Source: a plasmid. Taken from it: DNA of 64,000 nucleotides. The stretch lies in sequence record NZ_CP035506.1. One strand, 5' to 3'. The position numbers and the translations under genes are program-made. The notes beneath the pieces were generated by a model. It was not told where the DNA came from and did no database searches. It worked only from the letters and a program-made list of their open reading frames with translations. Of this stretch, positions 49,294 through 59,539 are shown one piece after another (the first letter of the stretch is position 1; every line of letters starts with the position of its first letter).

Positions 49294-51692
49294 TCAGGCG
49301 AAGAAGGGATAGTTGCAGACCGCATCGCCGACCAGAAGATGCATGCCTTCCAGAAGAAACTCCTCATCGCGGGACGTTTCGAACACGAGGCCGATGTGGA
49401 AGGAGGACACCTCATGCGGAACGAAGCATGTCAGCCGGGTGATCCCGAGACCGGTGTCGCTCCGGGTAATGCCCTGCTCGGGAGCGGCGGTCGCCGCCGC
49501 CTGGGCAGAGGCGGGATCCGCATTCGCCCAGTAGGCGGCGCGCACCAGCCGTCCCTGTCCTGAACCATTCCACGCGCCGATGGCGGCCATCGTCACATAG
49601 CCTGCGTCCAGGGGCGCAAGGATCTGGAGCGGCACTTCCAGCGTCACCGCCTGACTGGCCGAACCACCGGCGAGATGCAGAAGGCTTGTCTGCTCGCCGG
49701 TCAGGCCGGATACCCGGGGGGAAAGGCGCAGGGTTCTGGAAAGGGATGTGAGACGCTCGGGCGGGATGCCGTTTCGCCAGGGGGACAGCCTGCCGGTGCG
49801 AAGCTGGCCCTGCTCCACGAGAGCTGTATCGAAAGCGGGATTTCGCCCGATGTAGTTGCCGCGAAAGAGCGCGACCTGCCAGGGGTTCGTCACGGCACGG
49901 AACCCGGCCGCCTGGCCCAGGATATTCAGGTTGCGCAGGGTAACCAGGCCGTTCCTGTTATCCACCAGATGACGGCAGGTTTCATTGCCGATGAAGAACT
50001 TTGTCCCCTCGACGGCAAGCGGGGTGCCGTTCAGGACATAGGGGGCGCCTTTGTCTATCGTTGCGCGAAAGACCACGGGATAGTCGATATGTTCGATCCA
50101 TCCTCCCAGCCACTGGACGGTGGAGAAGCTCCTCGCCTCCACGACCGCGCAGCTGAACTGTTCGGCCGAACAGTTCTCGAATGTCCAGCTCGCCCCGCAG
50201 CGCAATATATAGGCCGCCGGGAAATCCTTATCCGCGGCGCAGTGGTAGTGAGTGGTGTTCGTGACCTTGTTCAGGTTGACGGGGCAGCCGGTCGAGTCGG
50301 ACCATGCCTCGAAAACCCTGAACGCCTGCCCGCCTCCCTGCCTTCCCCCGAAGAAGCCGAAGCGGCAGTCGTCGATCGACCAGTAGATCGGCACGCAGCG
50401 GAAGAGGAGCTGGAATTCGTTCGATATCTCCAGACGACGGATGCGGAAGCCGCCGGTGTATTTCTTCTGCGCGGGGCTGTCGTAGAAGATCACGCCGGGG
50501 GCGGCTGCCTGTGCGAAGAAGCCCTCCAGAACCGCCGCATAGATCGGTTTTTCATCCCGGTCACGGAAGATGGCCCCCCCTTTTACCGTGCAGACGAGGC
50601 CGTAGCGCCCCGCCTGAAGCTCTCCCCCGGGCCTTCGATGCGCATGCCGGTGACGGGCTGGATCTCGTTGACCGCATAGGTATGCGGCCCGAGGCGCACC
50701 TTGCCGCGGGCGATGGCGCGTGTCAGGGCCGCGCTGTCATCCGTCCGCCCGTCGCCCGCTGCCCCGAAGGCGTCGAGATCCACGTAGCCATCCCGGTCCG
50801 CCTCCACCGCCAGCGCCGTTCCCCCCGCTGTGACCAGGTCGGGGGCGGCCGTCCGGTCTGCGGCCAAGGTGACATAGCCGAAGCTCCCGGCCCGCAGCCT
50901 GTCGCCCGGATCGAACGGATGCCGCGCCGCGCGGAGGCTGGCCACATCGGGGTAATGCGCCCCCGAGAGGAGCCGCCAGCGGCTGCCATCCTCATGGCGC
51001 GTGGCGCCCGCCGGGTCGCGCCGGTAAACCAGTTCCAGCCCGTCCCCCATGACCCGGGCGAGGCGGGTTGCGGGATTGAGGGGCGCGGAGAGGAACTCCG
51101 CCTTGCCGGGCCAGGGCATGGGCGTGGCGATCAGGCCCGCCTGCTCCAGCATCGCGGCAGCGGTCTCCGCCGTCTCCACCGTGGTCCGGCCCCAGTCGAG
51201 CCCGCCCGTCTCCGTCCCCACCAGCGGGCGCCCCGGCTGCGGATGGAGCGGCGCCACCGGCATGTCGAGCCTGAGCGCCGCATCCAGCCTCCGCGTCTGG
51301 TCCTGCAAGGCCCGCACGATGAGGTCGAGCTGTGCCTCCAGCCCGTGCCGCCCCCCGCTCCGCCCCCAGCCCTGCGCAAGCTGGCTCTGCCGGAAGGGCA
51401 GAAGCAGACCCCCTGCCAGCCGCTCCGCCGTTTCGGGCGCGAGCAAAAGCTCCCCCGTCGTAGAGGAAGCGGGCGGGATCAGCCGGAACTCCGCCTCCGA
51501 CAGTTCGATCCGTGTATCGTGATGCAGGACCAGCACCCCGATATCCCCCGCCTCATAGGGATGCGGGATGGCATAGGGGCCGGGACCGGAGATGCCCTGC
51601 ACCGGCGAGGGGACGAAGTTCGGAACGGCCACGACGCGCCTCCTGGGGGCAGACCCTGGCTGGAGCCTTCCAGTCTTGGTGGTTTGGGTCAA
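49294..51692 (-). pseudogene. Pectate-lyase-superfamily (right-handed beta-helix) protein of about 800 aa, split by a single frameshift in a G5/C5 run. It is a candidate EPS glycanase or depolymerase.
   Basis: The upstream ORF (50583-51692) ends in ...DLDAFGAAGDGRTDDSAALTRAIARG..., which is the canonical start of a Pectate_lyase_3 domain. The downstream ORF (49294-50493) stays open in frame upstream as ...LQAGRYGLVCTVKGGAIFRDRDEKPIYAAV.... The two frames join near 50625 at ctcccccggg. There is no N-terminal signal peptide. Confidence 0.55.
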
Positions 51693-51794
51693 GCGCGGGA
51701 ATGTCGGGGCGGATCATGGCGGCTGGTTTCTGCTCCTGCCGCCATCCGATATTTCCGGTGACCCGTCGCCCGCCGGAGGGGCGCTCAAGGCAAT

Positions 51795-52889
51795 TCAGGA
51801 GGTGGAAGTGGCCTGTGGCCCGGAGCTTTCCCGCACGGGGCTCCGCAAGCAAAACTCCTTCACGCGGGCATAGGTTGCGGCCAGTTCGTGCCGCGGTGCG
51901 TTGAAGAGTTTCTGCTGGTCGGCGGAGGCGAGTTCCGCACCGCGCAGGCGATCCCGCGCGAAGGTGGATTTCGCCCGCAGCCGGTAGAGCAGGGTCTTGT
52001 AGCCGGCAAAGCGCCGGGCTTCCGATTGTATCCGTGCCCATTCCCGCGGATTGTCGGACCTGTCCTTCGCCAGCACATAGGCGCGGTTGAGGATATGCAT
52101 GACCCCCATCGCCCGCCCCGCGTCCCGCCGTTCGGGGGCCTTGTGGTGATAGATGAACGCCTGCGTCGCAGCCACGACGCAAAAATTGTCGAGCGTCCGC
52201 AGGGAGGCGTCGATATCCTCGAACAGCGCGTAACGGCCCAGTCCTTCATCGAACTGCAGGGCACGGATCACCTCTGTCCGGAAGGACATGCGGAAGCCGG
52301 TCATGTAGGGAACATGGATCGCCTGCACCTCTTCCAGCCAGTCCGGCTGCCGCAGGCGCGCAAGTTTCTGCGCGGCAAGGGTCAGGAAAGGGTCGGGGAT
52401 CAGCCGGTCCTCCATCCGCCGCCGGAGGGGCAGAAGGGCAAGGGACATCGCATCGCTCCGCCGGCGGCGGTAGCCGGGGCGGTCGCTGGCCCCGGCGATG
52501 CCGGCGCTTTCATGAGGGGCATGGGCTTCCGCCGCGCAGACCCCCCCGATCAAACCCTCGGTATCCCGCTCATAGACCCGCATGATGTGATCCATCGCAT
52601 CGGGATAGAGAAGGGAATCGTCATCGGGAAACAGCACGACTTCGCCGGTGACATGGCGCAGGCCGAGGTTGCGCTGCGCCGCCGCGCCCGGTCCGCTGCG
52701 GATGTAGCGCACAGGCAAGGGAGCCGCGGCCGCGAACTCTTCGACAAGGCTGCGGACGGCCGCTTCATCATCACTTGAATCAACGACAATGATGTCCTGA
52801 GGCGGACGGGTCTGGCCGAGCAGCATCGGTATGCTGAGCTTCAACGCTTCCAGCCGGTTCCGGGTCGCAATCACGCAGGAGTAGTTCAT
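51795..52889 (-). CDS. Glycosyltransferase family 2.
   Basis: MNYSCVIATRNRLEAL...IIVVDSSDDE...FPDDDS.... Confidence 0.7.
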   Translation of the reverse strand: MNYSCVIATRNRLEALKLSIPMLLGQTRPPQDIIVVDSSDDEAAVRSLVEEFAAAAPLPVRYIRSGPGAAAQRNLGLRHVTGEVVLFPDDDSLLYPDAMDHIMRVYERDTEGLIGGVCAAEAHAPHESAGIAGASDRPGYRRRRSDAMSLALLPLRRRMEDRLIPDPFLTLAAQKLARLRQPDWLEEVQAIHVPYMTGFRMSFRTEVIRALQFDEGLGRYALFEDIDASLRTLDNFCVVAATQAFIYHHKAPERRDAGRAMGVMHILNRAYVLAKDRSDNPREWARIQSEARRFAGYKTLLYRLRAKSTFARDRLRGAELASADQQKLFNAPRHELAATYARVKEFCLRSPVRESSGPQATSTS

Positions 52890-53039
52890 GGTGAGATCCT
52901 CGTACTCGTACTACGGCAAGGGAGTCACCACCAATGATCTTCAACATGATAATGTTTTACAAGATAAGACGTGACCGGGAGGCCAAGCTCGTAGCAAAAA
53001 ATTTCCGGTCTGCATGCCTCTTGTGCGAAAGGCGTGCGG

Positions 53040-53891
53040 TCAGTCCAGAAATTCGATGTTCGGAACATGGGTGAGGCTGGTCCGATAGATCGCGCGAATC
53101 TTGTAATCGTTGCCGCTGTACAGTTTCACTTTGCGTCCAACGATCGCCGCACCGATGCCGATATGTAACCGGTCGGTCACGATTGTTTCATACCGGGCGA
53201 TCTCGCGCAGGAAGTCGTCGCCGTTGGACATGTGATTGCCAAGCGCGCTGATGTCAATGTTGCCCGCGGCCTTCTCGAACCGATGAGAGGATTCCCGATC
53301 GCGCCGGTAGGCGTAGCCTACAGGGGTTTCCGGGGGGCCGAAATCGTACTTCAGTCCCTTGGCCATCAGGTAGAGCGCCATATCATGACAGAAAAGCGAC
53401 CGCGGGCAGGCTTCCTTGCTCTCATATTCATCTCGGCGAAACAGGGTTCCCCGCACTTTTGGTGCCTGATGGTATAAAGTGGAGGGTAAAACGATAAGAT
53501 TGTCTGTGAAATAGGAAATAAAGGCACAGATATCGCCAGCGTGACGATAGTTGTGCCCCCAGGCGGACCCGCCCGAGTAGATGAAGAGATACCGGTTCCT
53601 GCGGGCGAGATAGGGCGCCAGGAAATAGCGGGCCGATCCCTTGCCGAGATGAATTTCGGTATGGGGAATCCGGTAGTCATACAAGAACCGCTTCGCCCCG
53701 TGACGGATCAGCCCATCCCCGAAGTTGCCGGGATTGGGCAGGAAAATGACCTGCCGCCCCGCCGATTTCTCCTGGATGACACGGGCCAGCGTATCGAAGG
53801 CAGGCAGGAGATGGCTGCTGGAAACTTCTGCAGGCGCTTTGGCCAGGGGGGTGACGCGCTCCGAGGAGGTGGGAAAAGGCAAGAGATTCAT
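53040..53891 (-). CDS. Polysaccharide pyruvyl transferase (second copy). Its GC content is noticeably lower.
   Basis: ...FLPNPGNFGDGLI... (the N-x-G-D motif) and a C-terminal TDRLHIGIGAAIVGRKV typical of PS_pyruv_trans. Confidence 0.55.
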   Translation of the reverse strand: MNLLPFPTSSERVTPLAKAPAEVSSSHLLPAFDTLARVIQEKSAGRQVIFLPNPGNFGDGLIRHGAKRFLYDYRIPHTEIHLGKGSARYFLAPYLARRNRYLFIYSGGSAWGHNYRHAGDICAFISYFTDNLIVLPSTLYHQAPKVRGTLFRRDEYESKEACPRSLFCHDMALYLMAKGLKYDFGPPETPVGYAYRRDRESSHRFEKAAGNIDISALGNHMSNGDDFLREIARYETIVTDRLHIGIGAAIVGRKVKLYSGNDYKIRAIYRTSLTHVPNIEFLD

Positions 53892-54046
53892 TTCAGGCTC
53901 CGGGAAGAGGCTCTGTTACAATGTCGATTGATTGCCACAAAAGGCAATGCAATACATTTTATTTTTTAAAAATAAAAGAATAACTCTGTTTCCTGGTCGG
54001 CGGCCGGGGCGATGTGAATCGGCAGGGAGACCGTCGGACCGCGTGA

Positions 54047-54080
54047 AACAGAAACAGCCCTGGCCCGGAGGCAGGGCTGT
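54047..54080 (-). terminator. Terminator downstream of aqpZ.
   Basis: Stem AACAGCCCTG, loop gcccggagg, stem CAGGGCTGTT. Confidence 0.45.
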
Positions 54081-54122
54081 TTCCTCCGGAGAGTCCCGGA
54101 GATCCGTTTTCCGTGTCGCCCG

Positions 54123-54836
54123 TCAGGCGGCGGGCTGACCGGTCGCCACATGGCCGTCATGGGCAAGCATCCGCCAGATCATGCCCCCGATCACCGCGCC
54201 GAGCAGAGGCGCCAGCCAGAAGAGCCACAGCTGACCAAGCGCCCACCCCCCGGCAAAGAGCGCCTGGCTGGTTGAGCGCGCCGGGTTGACCGATGTGTTG
54301 GTCACCGGAATGGCGATCAGGTGGATCAGCGTCAGGGCCAGCCCGATCGCGATTCCGGCGAAGCCCGCGGGGGCACGCGGATGGGTCGCACCAAGGATGA
54401 TGATGACAAAGAAGGCGGTCAGGATCGTTTCGATCAGGAACGCCGACATCATCGAGTAGCCCCCGGGCGAATGGTCGCCATAGCCGTTTGCGGCAAAGCC
54501 GCCGATCTCGAAGCCCGGCTTGCCCGTTGCAATCAGATAGAGTGCGGCGGCGGCGAGAATGGCCCCTGCAAGCTGCGCCACGACATAGGGCACGACATGG
54601 GCGGAGGGAAATCGCCCCGCGACCGCCAGCCCGACAGAAACCGCGGGGTTGAAATGCCCGCCCGAGATCCAGCCGACAGCATAGACCATGGTCAGCACGG
54701 TCAGCCCGAAAGCGAGAGCCACGCCCGCGAACCCGATCCCGAGTCCGGGAAACGCCGCGGCAAAGATGGCACTGCCACAACCGCCAAAAACCAGCCAGAA
54801 GGTTCCAAGCCCTTCGGCAACCAGCTGCTTCTGCAT
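54123..54836 (-). CDS. aqpZ: Aquaporin Z.
   Basis: [23 protein letters not shown]... with two NPA boxes (HFNPAVS and NPARS). The track ORF 54123-55268 reads through into the adjacent IS. The true start is the ATG at 54836. Confidence 0.9.
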   Translation of the reverse strand: MQKQLVAEGLGTFWLVFGGCGSAIFAAAFPGLGIGFAGVALAFGLTVLTMVYAVGWISGGHFNPAVSVGLAVAGRFPSAHVVPYVVAQLAGAILAAAALYLIATGKPGFEIGGFAANGYGDHSPGGYSMMSAFLIETILTAFFVIIILGATHPRAPAGFAGIAIGLALTLIHLIAIPVTNTSVNPARSTSQALFAGGWALGQLWLFWLAPLLGAVIGGMIWRMLAHDGHVATGQPAA

Positions 54837-54904
54837 GATGGAGAACTCCCGAAATTGGGTAGACGTACTGAAAACCTCGTTAAGTTTGCACCCGCTTATC
54901 CCTT

Positions 54905-55761
54905 TAGGGTCAGGACCCATTGATCTTGCGCTTTCAGCATGATTCAGGCTCCGCAAGGAGACCGATGAATGAGCAACCTCTTTTGGCTGACGGAGGCGCA
55001 GATGTCGCGCCTGGAGCCCTTCTTTCCCAAGAGCCATGGCAAGCCGCGTGTTGATGACCGGCGCGTTCTCAGCGGCATTATCTTCATTAATCGCAATGGT
55101 TTGCGATGGCGCGACGCTCCCAAGGAGTATGGCCCGTCGAAGACGCTCTACAACCGTTGGAAGCGGTGGAGCGACAGGGGTGTCTTCGCCCGGATGATGC
55201 TCGGCCTGGCGGCAGAGTCGGCAGTTCCGGAGACGGTGATGATCGACGCGACCTATCTCAAGGCGCATCGCACGGCGACCAGCCTGCGAGCGAAAAAGGG
55301 GGAGCCAACGATCAGAGGGGCCGATTGATCGGCCGAACCAAGGGCGGCATGAACACCAAGTTGCACGCCGTCACCGATGCTGATGGCCGGCCAATCCGCT
55401 TCTTCGTGACCGCAGGTCAGGTCAGTGACTACACGGGTGCCGCAGCACTTCTGGGCAGCTTGCCAAAGGCGGACTGGCTGCTGGCGGACCGCGGCTATGA
55501 TGCCGACTGGTTCAGAGAAGCGTTGAAGGACAAGGGGATAAAACCCTGCATCCCCGGCCGGAAATCGCGCGGCATACCCATCAAGTATGACAAGCGCCGC
55601 TACAGACGCCGCAACAGGATTGAGATCATGTTCGGGCGATTGAAGGACTGGCGCCGCGTCGCAACCCGCTACGACAGGTGCCCCAAGGTCTTCCTTTCCG
55701 CCATCGCTCTCGCAGCAACCGTCATGTTCTGGCTATGACCCGAGAAAGAGTCCTGACCCTA
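54905..55761 (+). mobile_element. IS5-family (IS427-like) insertion sequence, intact copy 2, 857 bp.
   Basis: 12-bp perfect terminal IRs TAGGGTCAGGAC / GTCCTGACCCTA. orfA and orfB overlap by programmed frameshift. It lies 69 bp upstream of the aqpZ start codon. Confidence 0.85.
54969..55738 (+). CDS. IS5-family transposase (orfA 54969-55328 and orfB 55106-55738, presumably expressed as an OrfAB frameshift fusion).
   Basis: Two overlapping ORFs in different frames. orfB carries the DDE region (...[12 protein letters not shown]...). Confidence 0.85.
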
Positions 55762-56218
55762 GACAAGATGCTGCGATCATCGCTCCGATATCCGGCCGGA
55801 TCTGCGGTCAGCTTGTACCCGGGGCGAGGGCCGAGTGTCTCCGTTGTGACATGACGTTTGTTCAGGCCCGCACGTCGCACGAGCGGGTATTTTATGCCGC
55901 CTGTGTCCAGGGACCATGCCGTTTGCGCGGCATATAACGCCTTAAATGAACTCTGGCATTGACCGCCCCGGAGCGCCGACGCCTCCGCAGAGCAATATCA
56001 ATTGGCTATACGGGGACGTTACATCTTGACCGGGGCATGTCTTGTTGAAGGAGAAAGTCGTCATCCCGTTCTGATGATTCATTATGATGATACCATAAGC
56101 AATACTATTGATTTTGGCGTAAATAATCGCAATTCATTGAAATCGACCCTGCAGACCCATTTCCAATACAAAAGATTTCGTAAACTTCATAATATGTTAT
56201 AGAGATCGGAGTTGCTCA

Positions 56219-56365
56219 ATGCTTCCAGAGATAAAAATCGCCTGCGCCATCGCGATTATCGTCGTCACTGTAATATATTTTGCGCTTTCTGTTTCCACGC
56301 GCGAGGATCAGGAATGTCAGGATGAGGGCGGCGAGGATCCCGATTACATAGATACTTTCTGGTGA
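56219..56365 (+). CDS. Possible small (48-aa) single-TM protein in an AT-rich island.
   Basis: ATG preceded by gagatcGGAGttgctcaATG. The product is MLPEIKIACAIAIIVVTVIYFALSVSTREDQECQDEGGEDPDYIDTFW. It is followed by a strong hairpin. There is no homology support. Confidence 0.25.
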   Translation: MLPEIKIACAIAIIVVTVIYFALSVSTREDQECQDEGGEDPDYIDTFW

Positions 56366-56369
56366 GACA

Positions 56370-56402
56370 GGCCCTCTGATCACCCGCGCTCAGAGGGGGG
56401 CC
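56370..56402. terminator. Bidirectional hairpin terminator, shared by the small ORF and the convergent ClC gene.
   Basis: Stem GGCCCTCTGA, loop tcacccgcgc, stem TCAGAGGGGGGCC. Confidence 0.5.
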
Positions 56403-57978
56403 TATTGTCCTGCTCTCTGCTGCGCATCAGGCGGAGCGCATCGGCGAGCCACAGGCGGGCGAGACCGTGATAGAGCGGCTCCGGCGTCAGGATCCGGGCC
56501 ACCCCGTAGCCGATGAGCGCCGTGGCCATGACGGGCAGGATGTCGTCATGATTGCCGGTCATCTCGAAGACGATGACGAAGGCGGTCATCGGCGCCTGAA
56601 CCACTCCGGCGAAATAGCCCGCCATGCCAAGCACCGCCGCCATGCCGCCCGGCGTGCCGATCAAGGCCCCGATCACGCTGCCCAGCCCTGCGCCAACGGA
56701 AAGGGAGGGCGCGAAGAGGCCGCCGGGAATCCCCGAGACGGTGGAGGCCAGCGTGGCTGCGAACTTTGCCAGAAAAAACTCCGGTCCCAGCGTCTCGCCC
56801 CCGATCGCCGCGCGGGCGTGGTCATAGCTTGTGCCGAAGGCCGCCCCGTGCGTGGCGATGCCCGCCACCGCCACGACCAGCCCGGCGATCCCTGCGACCG
56901 CCACGATCCGCCGCGCAGGTGATCCGGGATTCCAGCGCCGGATCCGCCGCGTGAGCCAGAGTGCTCCGGCAGAGAACCCGGCCCCCAGAACGCCGCCCGC
57001 CACGCCCGTGGCAAGGATCAGCGGCAATCCCTCCGCCAGCGCCAGCGTGCCCTGCGAGGCCCCAAAATAGGTGTAATGCCCCTCTATCGCCAGGGAGGCC
57101 AGGCCGGCGATCACGACGGTGGACAGCACAAGGCCATTCGTGCGGGCATGATAGCTCCGCCCCATTTCCTCGATGGCGAAGACGATCCCGGCAAGGGGGG
57201 TGTTGAAGGCCGCGGCGATCCCCGCCGCCGATCCGGCCAGGATCAGCCCCCGCGCCTGAGTCATGCCACCGAGCCGGGCGGAAAGCAGCATGATCGCCGC
57301 GCCGATCTGCACCGTCGGCCCCTCCCTCCCGATGGAGGCGCCGCAAAGCAGGCCGGCCACGGTCAGCAGGATTTTCCCCACCGCCGTTCGGATCGAGAGA
57401 TAGATGAGCCGCCCCCGCCCTTTCAGCTCTCGCGCCGCGATGGTCTGTGGGATGCCGCTGCCCTGCGAGCCGGGGAAATAGCGCCAGGCGATGAGGGCGC
57501 AGGCGATGAACCCCGCAGGGGTCAGCAGGAGCGTGGCCCAGAGCCGCCACGGCGGGCCGGAGATCATCCTGCCGAACAGATGTTGCGCGGTATCGGCGGC
57601 ATGGGCAAAGGCCACGCTGACCAGCCCCGTGACAAGCGCGCCGATCCAGAAGACGAGCCTTGCCCGCCAGCGGGCCGGGGAAACGAGCAGCGCCTGCGAC
57701 CGGCGGAGAGCCCCCCGGCGCAGCCGCGCCCGGACCGGGCGGGAGGGAGCACCGCCCTCCTCCGGCCTTCCTGCAGGGCCCGACCGCAGATCCTGCCCCG
57801 AATCCTGCTTAGGCTCCTGCTCAGGCTCCTGCCGCGCATCCGGCTCCCCATCCGCCCGGAACATGGCAGAGGGGGGAGAGGTGCCGCTTTCCCCGCCTCC
57901 GGCATTTGCGGTGGAGGCGGGTCCGGCTTCGGCCGGTTCCTGAAGCGGGTGCGTGGCGGGGGGCCTCTTGTAGGGCAT
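56380..57978 (-). CDS. ClC-family chloride channel / H+-Cl- antiporter.
   Basis: Carries the GSGIP, GREGP and GxFxP selectivity motifs. The start is the ATG at 57978, with GGAGG 5 nt upstream. The track ORF extends to 58104 across a P/E-rich low-complexity N-terminus. Confidence 0.85.
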   Translation of the reverse strand: MPYKRPPATHPLQEPAEAGPASTANAGGGESGTSPPSAMFRADGEPDARQEPEQEPKQDSGQDLRSGPAGRPEEGGAPSRPVRARLRRGALRRSQALLVSPARWRARLVFWIGALVTGLVSVAFAHAADTAQHLFGRMISGPPWRLWATLLLTPAGFIACALIAWRYFPGSQGSGIPQTIAARELKGRGRLIYLSIRTAVGKILLTVAGLLCGASIGREGPTVQIGAAIMLLSARLGGMTQARGLILAGSAAGIAAAFNTPLAGIVFAIEEMGRSYHARTNGLVLSTVVIAGLASLAIEGHYTYFGASQGTLALAEGLPLILATGVAGGVLGAGFSAGALWLTRRIRRWNPGSPARRIVAVAGIAGLVVAVAGIATHGAAFGTSYDHARAAIGGETLGPEFFLAKFAATLASTVSGIPGGLFAPSLSVGAGLGSVIGALIGTPGGMAAVLGMAGYFAGVVQAPMTAFVIVFEMTGNHDDILPVMATALIGYGVARILTPEPLYHGLARLWLADALRLMRSREQDNRPPSERG

Positions 57979-58250
57979 GACACCTCCGGGATTTCCTTTC
58001 CCGCCTGCACCCGTTCGGCGCTGGACGCAAGCTTCCTGCCCGTCCTGCGGCTGTCCAGCCAGCCCCTCCGGCCGATCTTTACTGACAGCCCATCGTTCTC
58101 CCAAAGGGAAGGATGGCCATTTCCCGCTTTTTCGCCGTTTTTAGGGGTGGCTTTTGCACCCATTGCGATATGTCTACAAGTTCGGGGCATTCCGTGCCGG
58201 GACGGATACGGAAAGGACCCCTGCAGGAACGGCTTTCCAGAGGGAGGTTC

Positions 58251-59490
58251 CATGTCACTCGTTCAGACGCTTTTAACCACGGTATTGTCCGGTCCTGTCG
58301 TGGACCGCATCGCCGGGTTGATCGGGGTCGATCCTGCCAAGGCGCGGCAGGCGATCACGGCGGCAGCCCCTGCCTTGCTGGCGGGTCTCGTCAGCGCAGC
58401 CACCAATCCGCAGGGCAGCAAGGCGCTTGTCTCTGCGCTTACCGGGCTCGGCAAGCAGGAGGGGGATCCGCTGGCTGACGACCTGACCGCCACCGGGGCG
58501 GGCGTGACCGGCGTAGGGGGGATACTCTCCTCCCTCTTCGGAGAGGGGACGCTCAAGACGCTGTCCTCCAAGGTAGGGGATTACGCCGGTCTTTCGCAGG
58601 AGAAGTCGGCCCCGCTGATGGGGGCCGTAGGCAGCCTCCTGCTCGGCTCGCTCGGCAAGGCCGTGGCGGCGCCGGGGGCTACGCCCGCGGGTATCCTCGA
58701 TCAGCTCATCGCCGGAAAGGATGAGATCGCCAAGGCCCTGCCTTCCGGCCTGGCCCAGAGCCTCGGCGCGGCGGGCGGGTTGCTCGGCGGGCTGGGGGGG
58801 GCTGCCGCCTCTGCGGCGACCACGGCTTCGACTGCCGCGGCGAGCGGCGTGGAATCCGTGACGGCCAAGGCCGCAGCCGCCAAGACGGCCGTGGAAACAC
58901 CGCCTGCCGCCACAGCGAAACCCGCGGCCACTCCCAAGAAAGAGACACCGCCGGCCCAGAAAAGCCCTTCGAAACTGCCGTTGATACTGGGGGTCGTGGT
59001 ACTGGCCCTGCTGGCCGCATGGGCACTCGGCGCCTTCCGCTCGCCGCCCCCGGCTCCGCCCGCTCCTCCGCCCGCGGCAGCCCCGGCGCCGACATCTACG
59101 CCGCCGGCGACCTCAACGACCCCCGAACCAACGACTCCCGCACCAACCCCGGCACCGACCACCACCCCGGCTCCGTCCGGCGGGCCGACGGATGTGATCA
59201 CAGGGGCTATCGACCGGCTGCGCAGCACGCTTGACACCGTGACGGACCGCGCCAGTGCCGAAGCGGCGCTTCCCGCCCTACAAGGGGTGAGCGACAGTCT
59301 CGGTTCCGTTGCCTCGATGGTGAGCGCCCTGCCAGATACCGCGAGGACTGCGATCAACGGGGTCATCAACAGTGCCCTGCCTGCCCTGCAATCCACACAG
59401 GAACGGCTCTTCGGCAATAGCGAGATCGCCGAGGTGATCCGCCCGGTGCTCACCGATGTGATGAGCCGCCTGCGCGGGCTGGTCGAGTAA
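58251..59490 (+). CDS. Hypothetical membrane-anchored protein. It has a DUF937-like N-terminal region, a central TM helix, a Pro/Thr-rich linker and a C-terminal helical domain.
   Basis: RBS agagGGAGGttccATG. A TM helix ([21 protein letters not shown]) is followed by [44 protein letters not shown] strong terminator follows the gene. Confidence 0.5.
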
Positions 59491-59503
59491 CAGGTCGACT
59501 GAT

Positions 59504-59539
59504 CTTGCGGGAGGCACCACGAGCCTCCCGCAATTTGGC
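59504..59539 (+). terminator. Rho-independent terminator.
   Basis: Perfect 11-12-bp stem CTTGCGGGAGGC / GCCTCCCGCAA with loop accacga, followed by tttggc. Confidence 0.55.

Noticed and set aside
54123-55268. 381-aa minus-strand track ORF reading from aqpZ into the IS.
   Set aside because: It is a read-through artefact. The N-terminal 140 aa are an antisense translation of the IS5 transposase gene, and aqpZ starts at the ATG at 54836.
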